A stretch of DNA of 64,000 nt from Tubulanus polymorphus (lineage: Eukaryota; Animalia; Nemertea). Each line of letters begins with the position of its first letter. Within the stretch, counting starts at the first letter, position 1. This document shows positions 24,001 through 35,518 of this stretch, one piece after another. The notes beneath the pieces were generated by a model. It had not been told where the DNA came from and did not search any database. It worked only from the letters and a program-made list of their open reading frames with translations. The stretch is from NCBI RefSeq assembly GCF_964204645.1, contig NC_134031.1, positions 8,866,001-8,930,000 of the forward strand. The letters are read 5' to 3'. The position numbers and the translations under genes were made by a program.

Positions 24001-26423
24001 AAATCTGATTATCCAGAACTAATTAAAAGTGAATATTATCATTATAGAAATGAAAATGTTTTCAATCATTTTTGTGACTTATTAATCGAGTATGAAATAA
24101 GATTTAGTAAATTATTGAATACAAATATAGAAATTATAATGACAGAAGAAGATGAAGAAGAATTTGAGTTTGCAGATAAATGTTATTATTGTGAAAAGAT
24201 ATTTAATTATAAAGATAAAAAGTAAGAGACCATGATCATTTGAATGGAAAGTTTAGAGGCGCTGCGCATGAGAATTGTAACTTACAAGCTAAGAAAATCA
24301 ATTTTGTACCAGTTATAGTTCATAATCTATCAGGATATGATGCACATTTATTCATCAAACAGTTATGCCATAAAATAGAAGAAATCAATAATGAAATAGA
24401 AATATTAAATTCAAATAGATCAAAAGATAAAATACCAACTTATAAATTTAGAATGTTAGCTAAAACATCTGAGAATTATATATCATTCCACTTTGGTTGC
24501 CTAAGATTTATAGATTCATATAGATTTTTAAATAGTTCATTAGATAACTTATCAAAATCATTAGTTGATGATGAATTAAAGATATTAAAAGAATATTACC
24601 CAAATAATGATGATTTTCAATTAATGAGATATAAAGGCGCAATTCCATATTCTTTCTATAAAAATCATAATGATTTTAACATAACTGAATTATTGAAAGA
24701 ACAATTCTATGATGAATTAAAAAATGAATATGTCAAAGATGAAGTATATAATAGAACATTGAATATTTGGAATCATTTTGGAATGAAAAATCATGGGCAA
24801 TTAGTAGATATATATTTAAAATCAGATGTATTATTATTAACCGATATATTCGAAAGGTTTAGAGATGTAAACCTAAAATATTTTAACATTGATCCTTGTC
24901 ATTGTTATTCATCACCAGGTTTAACATGGGATTGTGGATTAAAATTTACAGATATAAAAATGGATTTGTTAACAAATATAGATCAATTACTATTATTTGA
25001 AAAATCTATAAGAGGAGGAGTTTCAGGTGTATTAGGTGATAGGTATTTCAATGTAAATGATAACCCTGGATATAAGTTATTATATATAGATGCAAATAAT
25101 TTGTATGGTTGGGCAATGATGGAACCACAACCTTATGGAGTATTTGAATCAACTGAAGTTTTACAGAATGAAAATAATGATAAATTTGATTGGAAGAAAA
25201 GAATCCTAGATATTGCAGATAATTCAGATACTGGTTACTTCTTTGTTGTAGATTTAGAATATCCTGAAGATAAAAAATTTAAATCTAGAAATCTAGCTTA
25301 CTGCCCCGAACATAAAACCGTAACTCATGAAGAATTATCAAATTACCAAAAAAGAATTAAACCCGAAAATCATATTCATACAGAAAAGTTAATGGTAACT
25401 CAGGAAGATAAATATAATTATGTAGTACATTATAGAATGTTAAAGTTTTATTTGAATCAAGGAATGATCCTAAAAAAAGTACATAGATATATTTCATTTT
25501 GACAATCTAAGTGGTTAGAAAAATATATAGATTTTAACACCAAACAGAGAACTAAAGCTAAAACTGATTTCGAAAAAGATTTCTTCAAGTTGATGAACAA
25601 TGCATTCTATGGTAAGACTTGTTAAAATATTAGAAATAGAAATGATATTGAGTTAGTTAGTAATGGTAAAAGAATTAGACATTTACAATCATATCCTAAG
25701 TTTTTAGGTAACAGAATATTTGATGAAAATTTAGCTGCAGTTAAGATGAGAAGAACATCAATGAAATTTAATAAACCAATCTATGATGGATATTCAGTTT
25801 TAGAATTATCAAAATTACTAATGTATGAATTCTATTATAATATATTACAACCACTTTTTGGAGAAAAACATATAGAAATCTTATATTTTGATACCGATTC
25901 TTACATATTAAAGATAAAAACTGATAACATAACTGATGATTTAAAAACATTAAAACATCATTTTGATTTCAGTAATTATCCAAAAAATCATGAATTGTTT
26001 AGCAATGATAATAAAAAAGTTCCCGGTAAATTCAAAGATGAATTAGGTGGTGAAGAAATGATTGAATTCATCGGTATTAGATCTAAAATGTATTCATATA
26101 AAACTAAAGAACATGAAGCTAAAAAGTTAAAAGGAATAACTAAAAGTGTAGTAGAAAAGAATATTCATTTCAAAGATTACATCAATTGTATATTCAATGA
26201 AGAAGTTAGAAAACATAAGATGAGATGTATAAGATCTGAAGATCATGAAATGTTTATTGAAGAAATTGAAAAGATAAGTCTAAACCCATTTGATGATAAA
26301 AGATATATTTTAGATGATGGAATTCATACAGTTGCTTATGGTTGTAATTTAGATGAATACTTAAAATTTAAAAGAGAAGAAACAAAAGAGAACGAGATAA
26401 TGAAAAGAATTCTAACGTGTTAA
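21072..26423 (+). pseudogene. polB: Protein-primed DNA polymerase B with N-terminal Zn fingers and an endonuclease VII-like domain (disrupted, intein-free)
   Basis: CPTC..H..H and CDTC..H..H; EGSG; VRDHDHLNGKFRGAAHENCN; HNLSGYD; FIDS; YIDANNLYG; [10 protein letters not shown]; YFDTDS; insertion 21779-23058, frameshifts and stops. Confidence 0.95.
21779..23058. mobile_element. Non-autonomous element inserted in pPolB
   Basis: PolB frame KKM(F)N/EVK is interrupted; inverted aagcgcacagc (21801) / gctgtgcgctt (23047); terminal hairpin gcgcc-ttc-ggcgc; taat on both sides. Confidence 0.7.
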
Positions 26424-26452
26424 TCAAATTTTAATAAAAATATGTATTATAA

Positions 26453-26806
26453 ATGGAGAGTAAACAAACACACAGTGAGAACAACAAATTATTTCTAGAT
26501 AGAATTAAAGATATCACAAATGTAAAATCTGTAGATTATAAATTCAAAAAGTTAACAGAATTAACAATCCATAAGAAATATCTAATTACAAATATTGATA
26601 CAGTTACTAATAACTATGGAGATAAATTAGTTATACACTTAGAATATGAAGGATTAAAAGGAAATACACATAAATTCAGAACATATTTACCGGATAGATT
26701 TCATAGATTATCAAGTGAAGACTTAGAAGAATTATGTTCTGGTGATTTCTATTTCGTATACAAAGGTAAGAATGAAAAGGGGCACAATGAAATAGATTTC
26801 GAATAA
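26453..26806 (+). CDS. Polinton hypothetical protein (possible OB-fold/ssDNA-binding)
   Basis: Intact 117 aa ORF directly after pPolB; beta-rich FKKLTEL...YGDKLVI...YLPDRF pattern; the fold is inference. Confidence 0.7.
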   Translation: MESKQTHSENNKLFLDRIKDITNVKSVDYKFKKLTELTIHKKYLITNIDTVTNNYGDKLVIHLEYEGLKGNTHKFRTYLPDRFHRLSSEDLEELCSGDFYFVYKGKNEKGHNEIDFE

Positions 26807-26823
26807 GAAAATATGTAAAATAA

Positions 26824-27575
26824 ATGGTAGAATTAAAAGAATACAGGATATTTGTTGATTCTAGAAGGCTTACAAATTATAAATCTCATAATTTACTAGT
26901 TCAATTAGATAGAGAATTCAAGAATTGTGTAGATTTAAAATTAGTTAATATAAGTTTATGTAATTCTTTTTACAATGTATCGGATAAAACTATTGAACAT
27001 AGAGTCTTTTTAATTCATGATAGAAATAAAAGTAAATGGTTTCATCTTTATCTTAAACCAGGATTATATAATTTAGAAACATTAGCTCAAGAAATTAATA
27101 AAAGAGCTCGGTTGAAAATGGGTGCATCTGCTGGATTTGGATTAAGACTGATTAAAAGTGATAGCTCTGATAAAATAAGAATAAAATTAGGTAATGAAGA
27201 TCAACATCAATTTCTAGTTACAAAACCTTTAGCTAAAATTTTAGGAATAACCCCAGATGTAAGGATACGCAATGCTGATGCTACACCAAATATAATGCCT
27301 TTTACACACTTTTATATTTATTGTAATTTAATCGATCCTACAAAAACATTCGAAGCAACTAAAGATATAACTTGTAATTCTGGTTTACTAAACATTTTAC
27401 CATTGAAGAATGTTAAAGAATTTGGAACGCAAATAAATTATAATTTAACAGAATGTGATTTCAAACCATGCATTCCTAAATTTAATAATTTTAAATTAGA
27501 AATCATAATGGATACTTAATTGATTTAAATAATTTCCCTGTAATTTATGAATTAGTTATAAGATGTATAGAGTAA
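26824..27575 (+). pseudogene. Minor capsid protein (penton, single jelly roll), frameshifted near the C-terminus
   Basis: IFVDSR, NSFYNV, PGLYN..TL, YIYCNLID, and in the shifted frame NGYLIDLNNFPVIYELVIR*, a pattern typical of Polinton minor capsids. Confidence 0.75.
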
Positions 27576-27591
27576 TTTTTTCACTATATAA

Positions 27592-27939
27592 ATGAATATA
27601 ACTGTTGGACCGAGTATATGTTTTGGGTTTGATTTTAAACGTGAGAAAGAAATGAGAATTAAACTAAATGATGTAATTACTGATATAAAAAGTAAATCAT
27701 TTAACAATGCATCAATGATTAATAAAGAAAATTATAATATAGAAAAAGTAATTGATTTAATTAAATCACCTTTAGAATATTATGAATTAAATGAAGATGG
27801 AATTATTGATGATATTAAAAACATATTAACCAAAATATATGATAATCATAAAAGTAGTAATGAAATAAATGTTGAATTAATCATCACTAAGATAACTAAA
27901 TATTTTGAAGATAGTAATTTTTTTTGGATAAATAAATGA
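27592..27939 (+). CDS. Polinton hypothetical protein
   Basis: 115 aa ORF, TAAATG start, tightly packed. Confidence 0.7.
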   Translation: MNITVGPSICFGFDFKREKEMRIKLNDVITDIKSKSFNNASMINKENYNIEKVIDLIKSPLEYYELNEDGIIDDIKNILTKIYDNHKSSNEINVELIITKITKYFEDSNFFWINK

Positions 27940-28157
27940 GTGATAATAAGTGGATAATAACTGGATTATATAATGGAGCCTTACTATCAGTTGGAACTGT
28001 TGGTTATTCAATGGTATTAAAAAAAGTATTCAAAATGGGAAGTGTTAATGTTGGTAGATTTGATATAAATGATATTTTAAAATTAACATTAGCAGTAACT
28101 TTATCTAATTTAACTATTGATTATTTAGAAAAACAAAAATATATTCCTCCCGTATGA
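27936..28157 (+). CDS. Small hydrophobic Polinton protein
   Basis: 73 aa ORF with two hydrophobic segments; ATGA overlap with the previous gene. Confidence 0.75.
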   Translation: MSDNKWIITGLYNGALLSVGTVGYSMVLKKVFKMGSVNVGRFDINDILKLTLAVTLSNLTIDYLEKQKYIPPV

Positions 28158-28181
28158 ATGCGTAATTATTTTACTAAATAA

Positions 28182-28604
28182 ATGGCTTCTGCTGCTGTAA
28201 CTATTATAGGATCGGCAATTGTTAACGCTTTGGCATTTACTGGTGGTAGTTATTTATTCAAGAAAATTGATGAAAATGGTTCATTATCAGAACAAAAAAG
28301 ACATAACTTAGCATCAGAGGAATACAATAAAGCTGCAGAAGAATATAGAGAAAAGAGACAAAATTATATGGATTACATCAATAAAGAATTAACTTATCAG
28401 AATATTTCACATAGAGATTTTCAATCAGTTGATGATGCAATGAGTTTATATAACGCGGTAACAAATAAAGAAAAATTACATCTATACAAACCTAAATTAT
28501 CAGATTATTATACCCCAAGTAATGAACAGAAGAAATATGAAATAATTTGGATTTTAGGTGGAACAGTTATTGTTATATTTGTTGCTTATAAGTTTACTAA
28601 TTAG
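28182..28604 (+). CDS. Polinton membrane protein (N-terminal hydrophobic helix, coiled coil, C-terminal TM)
   Basis: MASAAVTIIGSAIVNALAFTGGSYLF...EQKRHNLASE...IIWILGGTVIVIFVAY. Confidence 0.8.
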   Translation: MASAAVTIIGSAIVNALAFTGGSYLFKKIDENGSLSEQKRHNLASEEYNKAAEEYREKRQNYMDYINKELTYQNISHRDFQSVDDAMSLYNAVTNKEKLHLYKPKLSDYYTPSNEQKKYEIIWILGGTVIVIFVAYKFTN

Positions 28605-28624
28605 TAATTTTTTTTGCTAAATAA

Positions 28625-29059
28625 ATGGATGATAAAGTTGATAATATTGATACTATTCCTCATGATATAAATAAAACTAAATTAAAAACATATTTAGAAA
28701 AACAAATATTAGAATTTGAAAGTGACTTAAAGATAAAAAAGAAAAAATATTTAAAAAGTAAAATTATATATTATTTGATTATAAGTGGTTCGGTTACAAT
28801 TAGTTCTGTAATAACATTTCTAGCAATATTCAGCCAATTAACACCTTTAGCTATATCAATTGGTGTGTTAAGATTAAGTTCAAGTGTTTTAACTGGTATA
28901 AGTTCACAATTAAATATAAAAAGTAATAAAGAAAAAATTAAAACTAATATAAAAGAAATTAATAAATTGAAAAATACACTAGATTATATAATAAGTTTAA
29001 ATGGTCATATAACAGTTGAAGAACAAGATAAATTATTAAAAGAATTAATAAATTATTAA
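28625..29059 (+). CDS. Two-TM coiled-coil protein
   Basis: 144 aa ORF with a central hydrophobic hairpin flanked by Lys-rich helices. Confidence 0.75.
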   Translation: MDDKVDNIDTIPHDINKTKLKTYLEKQILEFESDLKIKKKKYLKSKIIYYLIISGSVTISSVITFLAIFSQLTPLAISIGVLRLSSSVLTGISSQLNIKSNKEKIKTNIKEINKLKNTLDYIISLNGHITVEEQDKLLKELINY

Positions 29060-29075
29060 TTTTTTAATTATATAA

Positions 29076-30471
29076 ATGGCAGATAGTTTTCCAAAAGCTT
29101 TCCAATATAATAAATCAATTAAATGTAATATTCCAGCAATAGATTTTAATAAAGATATTTCATATAGAAATGAAGTTTTAAATTCATTAATTGATTTATA
29201 TATTTATGTTACTGAAAGTAATAATTTTCATGTAAAGATGGAAAATATATTCAATGTTTATGAAATTAATTTTGAAAAAGAATTAAGTAAAGCAAAATTA
29301 TGGATGTTAAAATCAAATATGCAATTCTGGCAAAACCAATTAAATTTGCTGTTTATTGCGCAACAACAGGATGCGGAATAAGTTGGAATGATCCTTTAAA
29401 TAAACCAAGTTTACCATTGATATTATCATTCTTTAGATTTCATACATACTTTCAAATAATATTAATATTAAATGAATTAGAGTGTCCTTTACCAGGGTCT
29501 AGATATTTTAAAGAATTAGATAATAACGTTGATTTATCAAAGTATTATAAAATATGTAATGAATTTAATATAGATATAAATAATTCTGATTTTAGATCAA
29601 AGATGGGAACAATTACAGGGGGAGATTTATCTAAAGTAGAGAAAGCTTTGGATGCAATGAATAATTCATCATTTCCAATCGGAGGTTTTTATGTCCCTTA
29701 TACTAAAGAATATAGAAAAGAAATAAAAAATACAAACTCAAAAACGTTTAAATGGAATGAAATACCAAAATATTATATTTATATCAAACAACAACAAAAT
29801 AATGATGGTTGGATTAATTTTATTTTAGAAAATAGTGAAGGTTTTACTAAAGCTGGAATACAAAGAATAAATCAATCAATTAGAACTTATTTGATATTCT
29901 AGGTGCGCAAGTTGAAACAAGATCCCCAATAATTGGAAATTTAAATACATCATTTGATACACAAAAACAATTCAAAGTATTATTTGAAGATTCAATTCAT
30001 AATGATAAAAATAGATCGAAACCGGAAAACATTGCAAGATATCAAAATTATTTAGATAAATCACATATCAGATTAAATTATTGTATAGGCCCTAATCTAT
30101 TAATTATTTCTAATGATTTAGTATTAAAGATGGGAAACATAATTGGTTATAATAATCTAATTAAAACTGCAACAATAAATAATTCATTTGGATTGAATGA
30201 TATAAATAAAAAGATTATTACTGCTCCAAAATTAATGGAAGGTGAAAAAAATAAAAAACACATTCAATCAACAGAAACTAAAACTAAGAATATTAAATTG
30301 GATAATGATTCCAAAATAAAAGATTACAATATATCAGAAGATATAAAAACTGATAATATTCACCATGATATAATTAAAATAAATGATGATAATAAATCCC
30401 ATGAAAATACTAAATTGGCTATAACTTGTATAGGAATTGTAATCGGAGGAATATTATATTTTAAATTTTAA
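29076..30471 (+). pseudogene. Polinton conserved protein with C-terminal TM anchor (frameshifted)
   Basis: ORFs 29076, 29300 and 30130 join via frameshifts (FWQNQL/FAVYCATTGCGIS; RTYL/ILGAQVETRS); ends LAITCIGIVIGGILYFKF. Confidence 0.75.
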
Positions 30472-30487
30472 TTTTTTTATTATGTAA

Positions 30488-31149
30488 ATGGCAGAAGGTG
30501 GGGAAGATATTCCATTGGATCCTTTTGGTGACACCCCCGGTATAACTGATGAACAACAACCTGATTTTAGTGAAACAAATTTTAACGATGGTAATGAGCC
30601 AGGATATAATACTAATTTAGGTGAAGATGATGATTATGATGTAATTAATTCCGAATTACGTGAAAATTTAAATGAAATTAAAATTAAAATAACAGGTGTA
30701 GTTGTAAACGAAATATTGCCAAAAGATGTAATAGATGAAATTGGTTCAGAAGGTGTTGTAGAACAAATTTTAAAAGATGACCCATTTTTCATGAATAATT
30801 TAGAATTTAAAAATGATGCATGGTATTATAATGTTGAATTAAATAACAAAAATGTATCAATTCAATTATCTAGAATGGGTCAAGAAAATATGTATGAACC
30901 TGTAATGTTAGCAAGATCTACAATTGAACATTCAAAAGGTGGCACAGAATTTCTCAGAATTATATGGAATGCAATCGATAGAATAAATAAAGAAAAACAA
31001 ATTCCTAAAATTGATATAAACAAATATTCACCATTTAAAAATCCAAATTTAAATCCTCCTGATTTTGATCCAGAAATGGAAGAATATGGAGATCGATCAG
31101 ATAGATTAAGATCTTCAACACCAGAAACATCGAGAAGAGACACTCAACA
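30488..31149 (+). pseudogene. Acidic Polinton protein truncated by the Penelope insertion
   Basis: MAEGGEDIPLDPF...; the ORF stops at the start of the pLTR. Confidence 0.7.
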
Positions 31150-31217
31150 CTGATTACTTGAATTAGTCTCTTTGTCTCTGGATTGTATATATATCTCATA
31201 ATTTCTGTTTTATCTCA

Positions 31218-31265
31218 TTATTCCTGAAGATGACTATTAGGATATAGTCGAAACGTTGAAATATA
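31218..31265 (+). ncRNA. Hammerhead ribozyme in the 5' pLTR
   Basis: CTGAAGA-t-GACTAT(tagg at)ATAGTC-GAAAC-GTT. Confidence 0.8.
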
Positions 31266-31363
31266 CTACTATCTCGAAGTTTCATTTTCGGACTTTTTAT
31301 TATCATTGTGGGATTCTCTCCTCATCGCGTCAACACGGATATTGTGTTCTACCTATCGTGATC

Positions 31364-33762
31364 ATGCTACCCACGGATCGAAATATCGTATTAAAATTCT
31401 TCTTCTTCACGTTCCCGTACCTCGTCGCTAGCTTCCGAAATTATGAGAAATGCTATATCAAATCCAGGACTGCCAAAAGTAAAGTCAAGTTCCTTCAGGA
31501 GTGTTATGCCGAAAAAGTGGTTCCGCGATCACTTTCTTGGATTTGGAAATACGACTCCAGCTCTGCGTTTCCACCCGAAGCTAACAAGCAACTCAAATTC
31601 GCTATAGATCGTGCTAAGGAAGACTGTAACTATCAGTTCTACAAATTCCGTCAATCTCAAAATTATTTGAAGTCACACGTACCGGACCTATTCCTCTGGA
31701 AATCGCTCTCCACTATTGTTCAAGGCTCTGGAAAATATCATCAGCACAGAAAGTCCGTGGATCTTACCAACCAACTGAATAAACTCATTGATTCCAGCCC
31801 TTGGACTAGATTTAGCAACACCGAAAACATAGTAAATTTGTCTTCAACCACGTTATCTTCTACTCAGTGTCAACTTCTCGGCTACGGTTTGAATTTTTCT
31901 CTTCCTCATCAAGATAAATATGTTTTAGACTTTGTCACCCAATTGGAATATCGCAAATCATCTCCAAACAGTTTGGACTATAACTTTATATTCATGAATC
32001 TACAGGCTATATGCGATCAACTCAACAGGAACCTTTTTGAATATCTACCTCGTCGATTTCGGCTCGCCCTCCAAGAACTACGGAAGTTAAAGACTATTAA
32101 AATATCTAAGGCTGATAAAGGTGGCAAGATTGTGATTTTAGATCTGGATAATTATAATGTTAAAATGCAATCTCTCTTGGATAATCCTGGTGTTTATAAG
32201 AAACTTAAATCGAATCCTCTTCCTCGTATGCAAGCTAATTTCAACAGAAGTCTTTCGGATATTATTAAACGTTTCCCCTCCGCTAAAGAAACTCTGAATA
32301 AGTTCCATTCACGTCTTCCCTCTTTACCATATATCTATGGATTGCCTAAAATTCATAAAGATAATGTTCCACTGCGCCCTATAGTCTCCAATTGTAATTC
32401 TCCTACATACCGGTTATCTAAATTTCTCGCGAAACAGTTATCTCCGGTGCTCGGTTCGTTCTCTCCGTCGCACCTTCGCCATAATCAACACTTACTTGAA
32501 CGTATTAAGAATATTATCCCTGGCAACGACAAATTTATATCATTTGATGTTACTTCCCTTTTTACCAATGTTCCTCTTGGACCTACTCTTGATTTCTTAA
32601 AACGCAGATTACCATCACTTAACATTAACTTCGGCATTCCTACGGATTGTATCATCGACCTTATCTCTATTTGTACGACGGACTCCTTTTTTGAATTCAA
32701 CAATTGTTTTTACGAACAGACATTCGGTATCGCTATGGGAAATCCTCTTAGTCCTATTCTAGCTAATTTATTCCTAGAACATGTTGAATCTCAAATATTG
32801 CCTCTTTACACTGATATTCACCCTAAAATCTGGCTCAGATATGTTGACGATGTTCTGGCTTTGGTTCCCTTTGACTTCAATGTTGATAACTTTCTTATAT
32901 ATTTAAACTCCCTTTACCCGTCTCTGGCTTTTACGTATGAATGGGAATCTAATAGTAAAATACCTTTTCTGGATGTTTTGATTTTTAACTGTGGATCCTT
33001 TTTGAAATTCGCGGTTTATAGGAAACCTACCAACGCTGAATCCTACCTCCATTACTTCTCTTTTACTTCTCCGGATATTAAACTCGGTTTAGCTCAAGGA
33101 TTATTTCTTCGCGCTTTGAGAATTTGCGACCCCTCATTTCTACCCGATGAAATTCACCATATTAACCAATCTCTCAAAAAACTTGCCTACCCCGATTTCC
33201 TATTGAAAAAAGCTCTACTTAAAGCTCGTACTACGCATTTTAGAAATAACAACCTTAGAACTCCTACGTTGGCTACCGATAAACAGCCAATCATTGTACC
33301 GTATGTACCTTTCCTCGAGAATTCTAAAGTTTCTCTTCGGTCACTAAATAAACAACTTATCTTTAAATACAATAATAAACTTAGTAACATATTGATTAAC
33401 AACAAACCGAAAACCGAATCCCTAAACTGTGGAATTTATAAAATACCTTGTAAAGTTTGCGACAAAGTATATATAGGAGAAACAGGTATCTTAATCAACG
33501 CATAAAAGAGCATAAATTAGATGTAAAAAACTTTAAACCTGAAAGCGGAGTTGCTAGTCATGTTTTTCAGACTTCACACAATTTTGATTTTGCTAATGCT
33601 GAATTAGTTTACCCTTGCAGCGATAAAACTAGAAGACATATTTTGGAATCTGCATTAATTATGGAAAATTCGAACAACGTTGTAAACCTTAACAATGGTT
33701 TTTCACCCCATAATAAACTTATATCAAAATTCCTCTGTAAACTGGTTAAACTCAACACTTGA
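31364..33762 (+). CDS. Penelope RT plus GIY-YIG endonuclease (one frameshift near 33487)
   Basis: KADKG, YGLPKIHK, PLRPIVS, SFDVTSLFT, GIAMGNPLSP, RYVDD, CGIYKIPC..C...YIGETG / RIKEH. Confidence 0.95.
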
Positions 33763-34072
33763 TTTCCCCTTTGATTATTTGTTATTTGTTCTCTCATCAA
33801 TTTCGTCTCTGACTTAACTTGTATTCACCTTTGTTTTAATTTAAGTGCCCCCTAGTTTGTCTTTCTTTTTACTACTGACTTTAAGTTTCATTTATATTTA
33901 TACTCACTATTGTTGTTTATAATCACCCCTTAGTTTGCTTCCCTTTAATCTATTTTAGCGTGTAACTGTTTCTTCGTTAATTTTTCCTTTAGTTTGTATC
34001 ATCTCTGATTACTTGAATTAGTCTCTTTGTCTCTGGATTGTATATATATCTCATAATTTCTGTTTTATCTCA

Positions 34073-34120
34073 TTATTCCTGAAGATGACTATTAGGATAT
34101 AGTCGAAACGTTGAAATAAA
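34073..34120 (+). ncRNA. Hammerhead ribozyme in the 3' pLTR
   Basis: Same core as 31218-31265. Confidence 0.8.
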
Positions 34121-34315
34121 CTACTATCTCGAAGTTTCATTTTCGGACTTTTTATTATCATTGTGGGATTCTCTCCTCATCGCGTCAACACGGATATTGT
34201 GTTCTACCTATCGAGATTTAATTTTATTCCATAATTCTGAAACGTTAGAATATGATACTTCACTCTCTGGGTTATGATATAACTCTCTTAAATATTGTTC
34301 TTTTTTCATCTTCTT

Positions 34316-34684
34316 TTAATCCATTAATAATAATTTAGATTTAGTTTCAATGACTTTATGATTTGACTTATTTTCTGGTATGATAGGTTTATTATCATTG
34401 GAATCATCTTTTTCATCAGATTTGAATTTTGATTTATATATTACACCAGATAATATAATAACTGTTACTAATCCAATTGTAATATATAAGTTATTATTAC
34501 TTCCAGCATTAGAAGAATTAGATGGATTATTATTTGAATCAATATCAGATAAAGTCTGTGATTCATTTATATCAGTTAATTTCTTTTTCTTAGCCTTTTT
34601 TAATTCTGCAGATCTTTTACCTAATTCTCTTGCCCATTTAATTTGTTTTTCAGATCTAGCCTTTTTCTTAACGCCATCACTCAT
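34316..34684 (-). CDS. TM hypothetical protein (homologue of 2486..2854)
   Basis: 122 aa, near-identical. Confidence 0.8.
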   Translation of the reverse strand: MSDGVKKKARSEKQIKWARELGKRSAELKKAKKKKLTDINESQTLSDIDSNNNPSNSSNAGSNNNLYITIGLVTVIILSGVIYKSKFKSDEKDDSNDNKPIIPENKSNHKVIETKSKLLLMD

Positions 34685-34710
34685 TTATTTTAGTTAATTT
34701 TTGTTCTGAT

Positions 34711-35271
34711 TCATTTTCTGTTTCGACGTTTGGTTTCATTCTTACCTGATTTATATTCCATAGGCTTGATATTCGAAAATGTTATGACGCCAGTAGAAAT
34801 TAATGTCATAACCGATCCTAATTGGAATGAAGCATATCCAACCCATTTTTGTAATTCAGTCATAACTAAGTAGTCATTTTTCAAATCACTATATAATTTA
34901 TTTTCATCATCAATTGGTATTAACTGGTTACATAACTTAGAATAACATTTGACAATACCATCACTTATAGAATCATTTATTCGGGATAATCTAGCTTCTT
35001 CATAAATCTTAAAATATTTTATTACTTTATCGGGTTTCATAACATCTAGTTCTTGAAAAGTAATAGTCTTAGTTAAAAACTCCTTAGTTTTTCCACCGGC
35101 AATCAATAGTTCTAGATGATGCTTACAATATAAATAGTATTCATAATCTATATTACAATTAACTTGAATATTATTTTCAATTTTGGTCGGAATATCCTTA
35201 TTATCACTAATGCCCAAATCATCTAATGTCTTTTCAATATCAATACTATTCTTATTAGATTTTTTTGACAT
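34711..35271 (-). CDS. Hypothetical protein (homologue of 2847..3449, C-terminal frameshift)
   Basis: Near-identical until ...GKNET. Confidence 0.75.
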   Translation of the reverse strand: MSKKSNKNSIDIEKTLDDLGISDNKDIPTKIENNIQVNCNIDYEYYLYCKHHLELLIAGGKTKEFLTKTITFQELDVMKPDKVIKYFKIYEEARLSRINDSISDGIVKCYSKLCNQLIPIDDENKLYSDLKNDYLVMTELQKWVGYASFQLGSVMTLISTGVITFSNIKPMEYKSGKNETKRRNRK

Positions 35272-35518
35272 TTATATTAGAGAAATTTAATAAGAAAAAA
35301 AATATAAGTATTATAAAATGATACCAGTATCTCTTTAGATTAATACTAGCTTAGTTAAAGGTAAAGAATTTTAGTATTAGTTATTGTTTTTTTAGTATTT
35401 TTTATTTGTGATATAAAGTATTCTTTTTTGAAAAGAAAATATTAAAAATATAATAGAATTCACTAGCTAGTTGAAGTTATTGTTTTTTAAATACTTTTTA
35501 TTTAAAATCTATTATTCT

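Larger units (their letters stand above)
31150..34213 (+). mobile_element. Penelope-like retroelement with direct pLTRs
   Basis: 209-bp direct repeats at 31150-31358 and 34005-34213 (one mismatch seen) flanking an RT plus GIY-YIG ORF. Confidence 0.95.
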
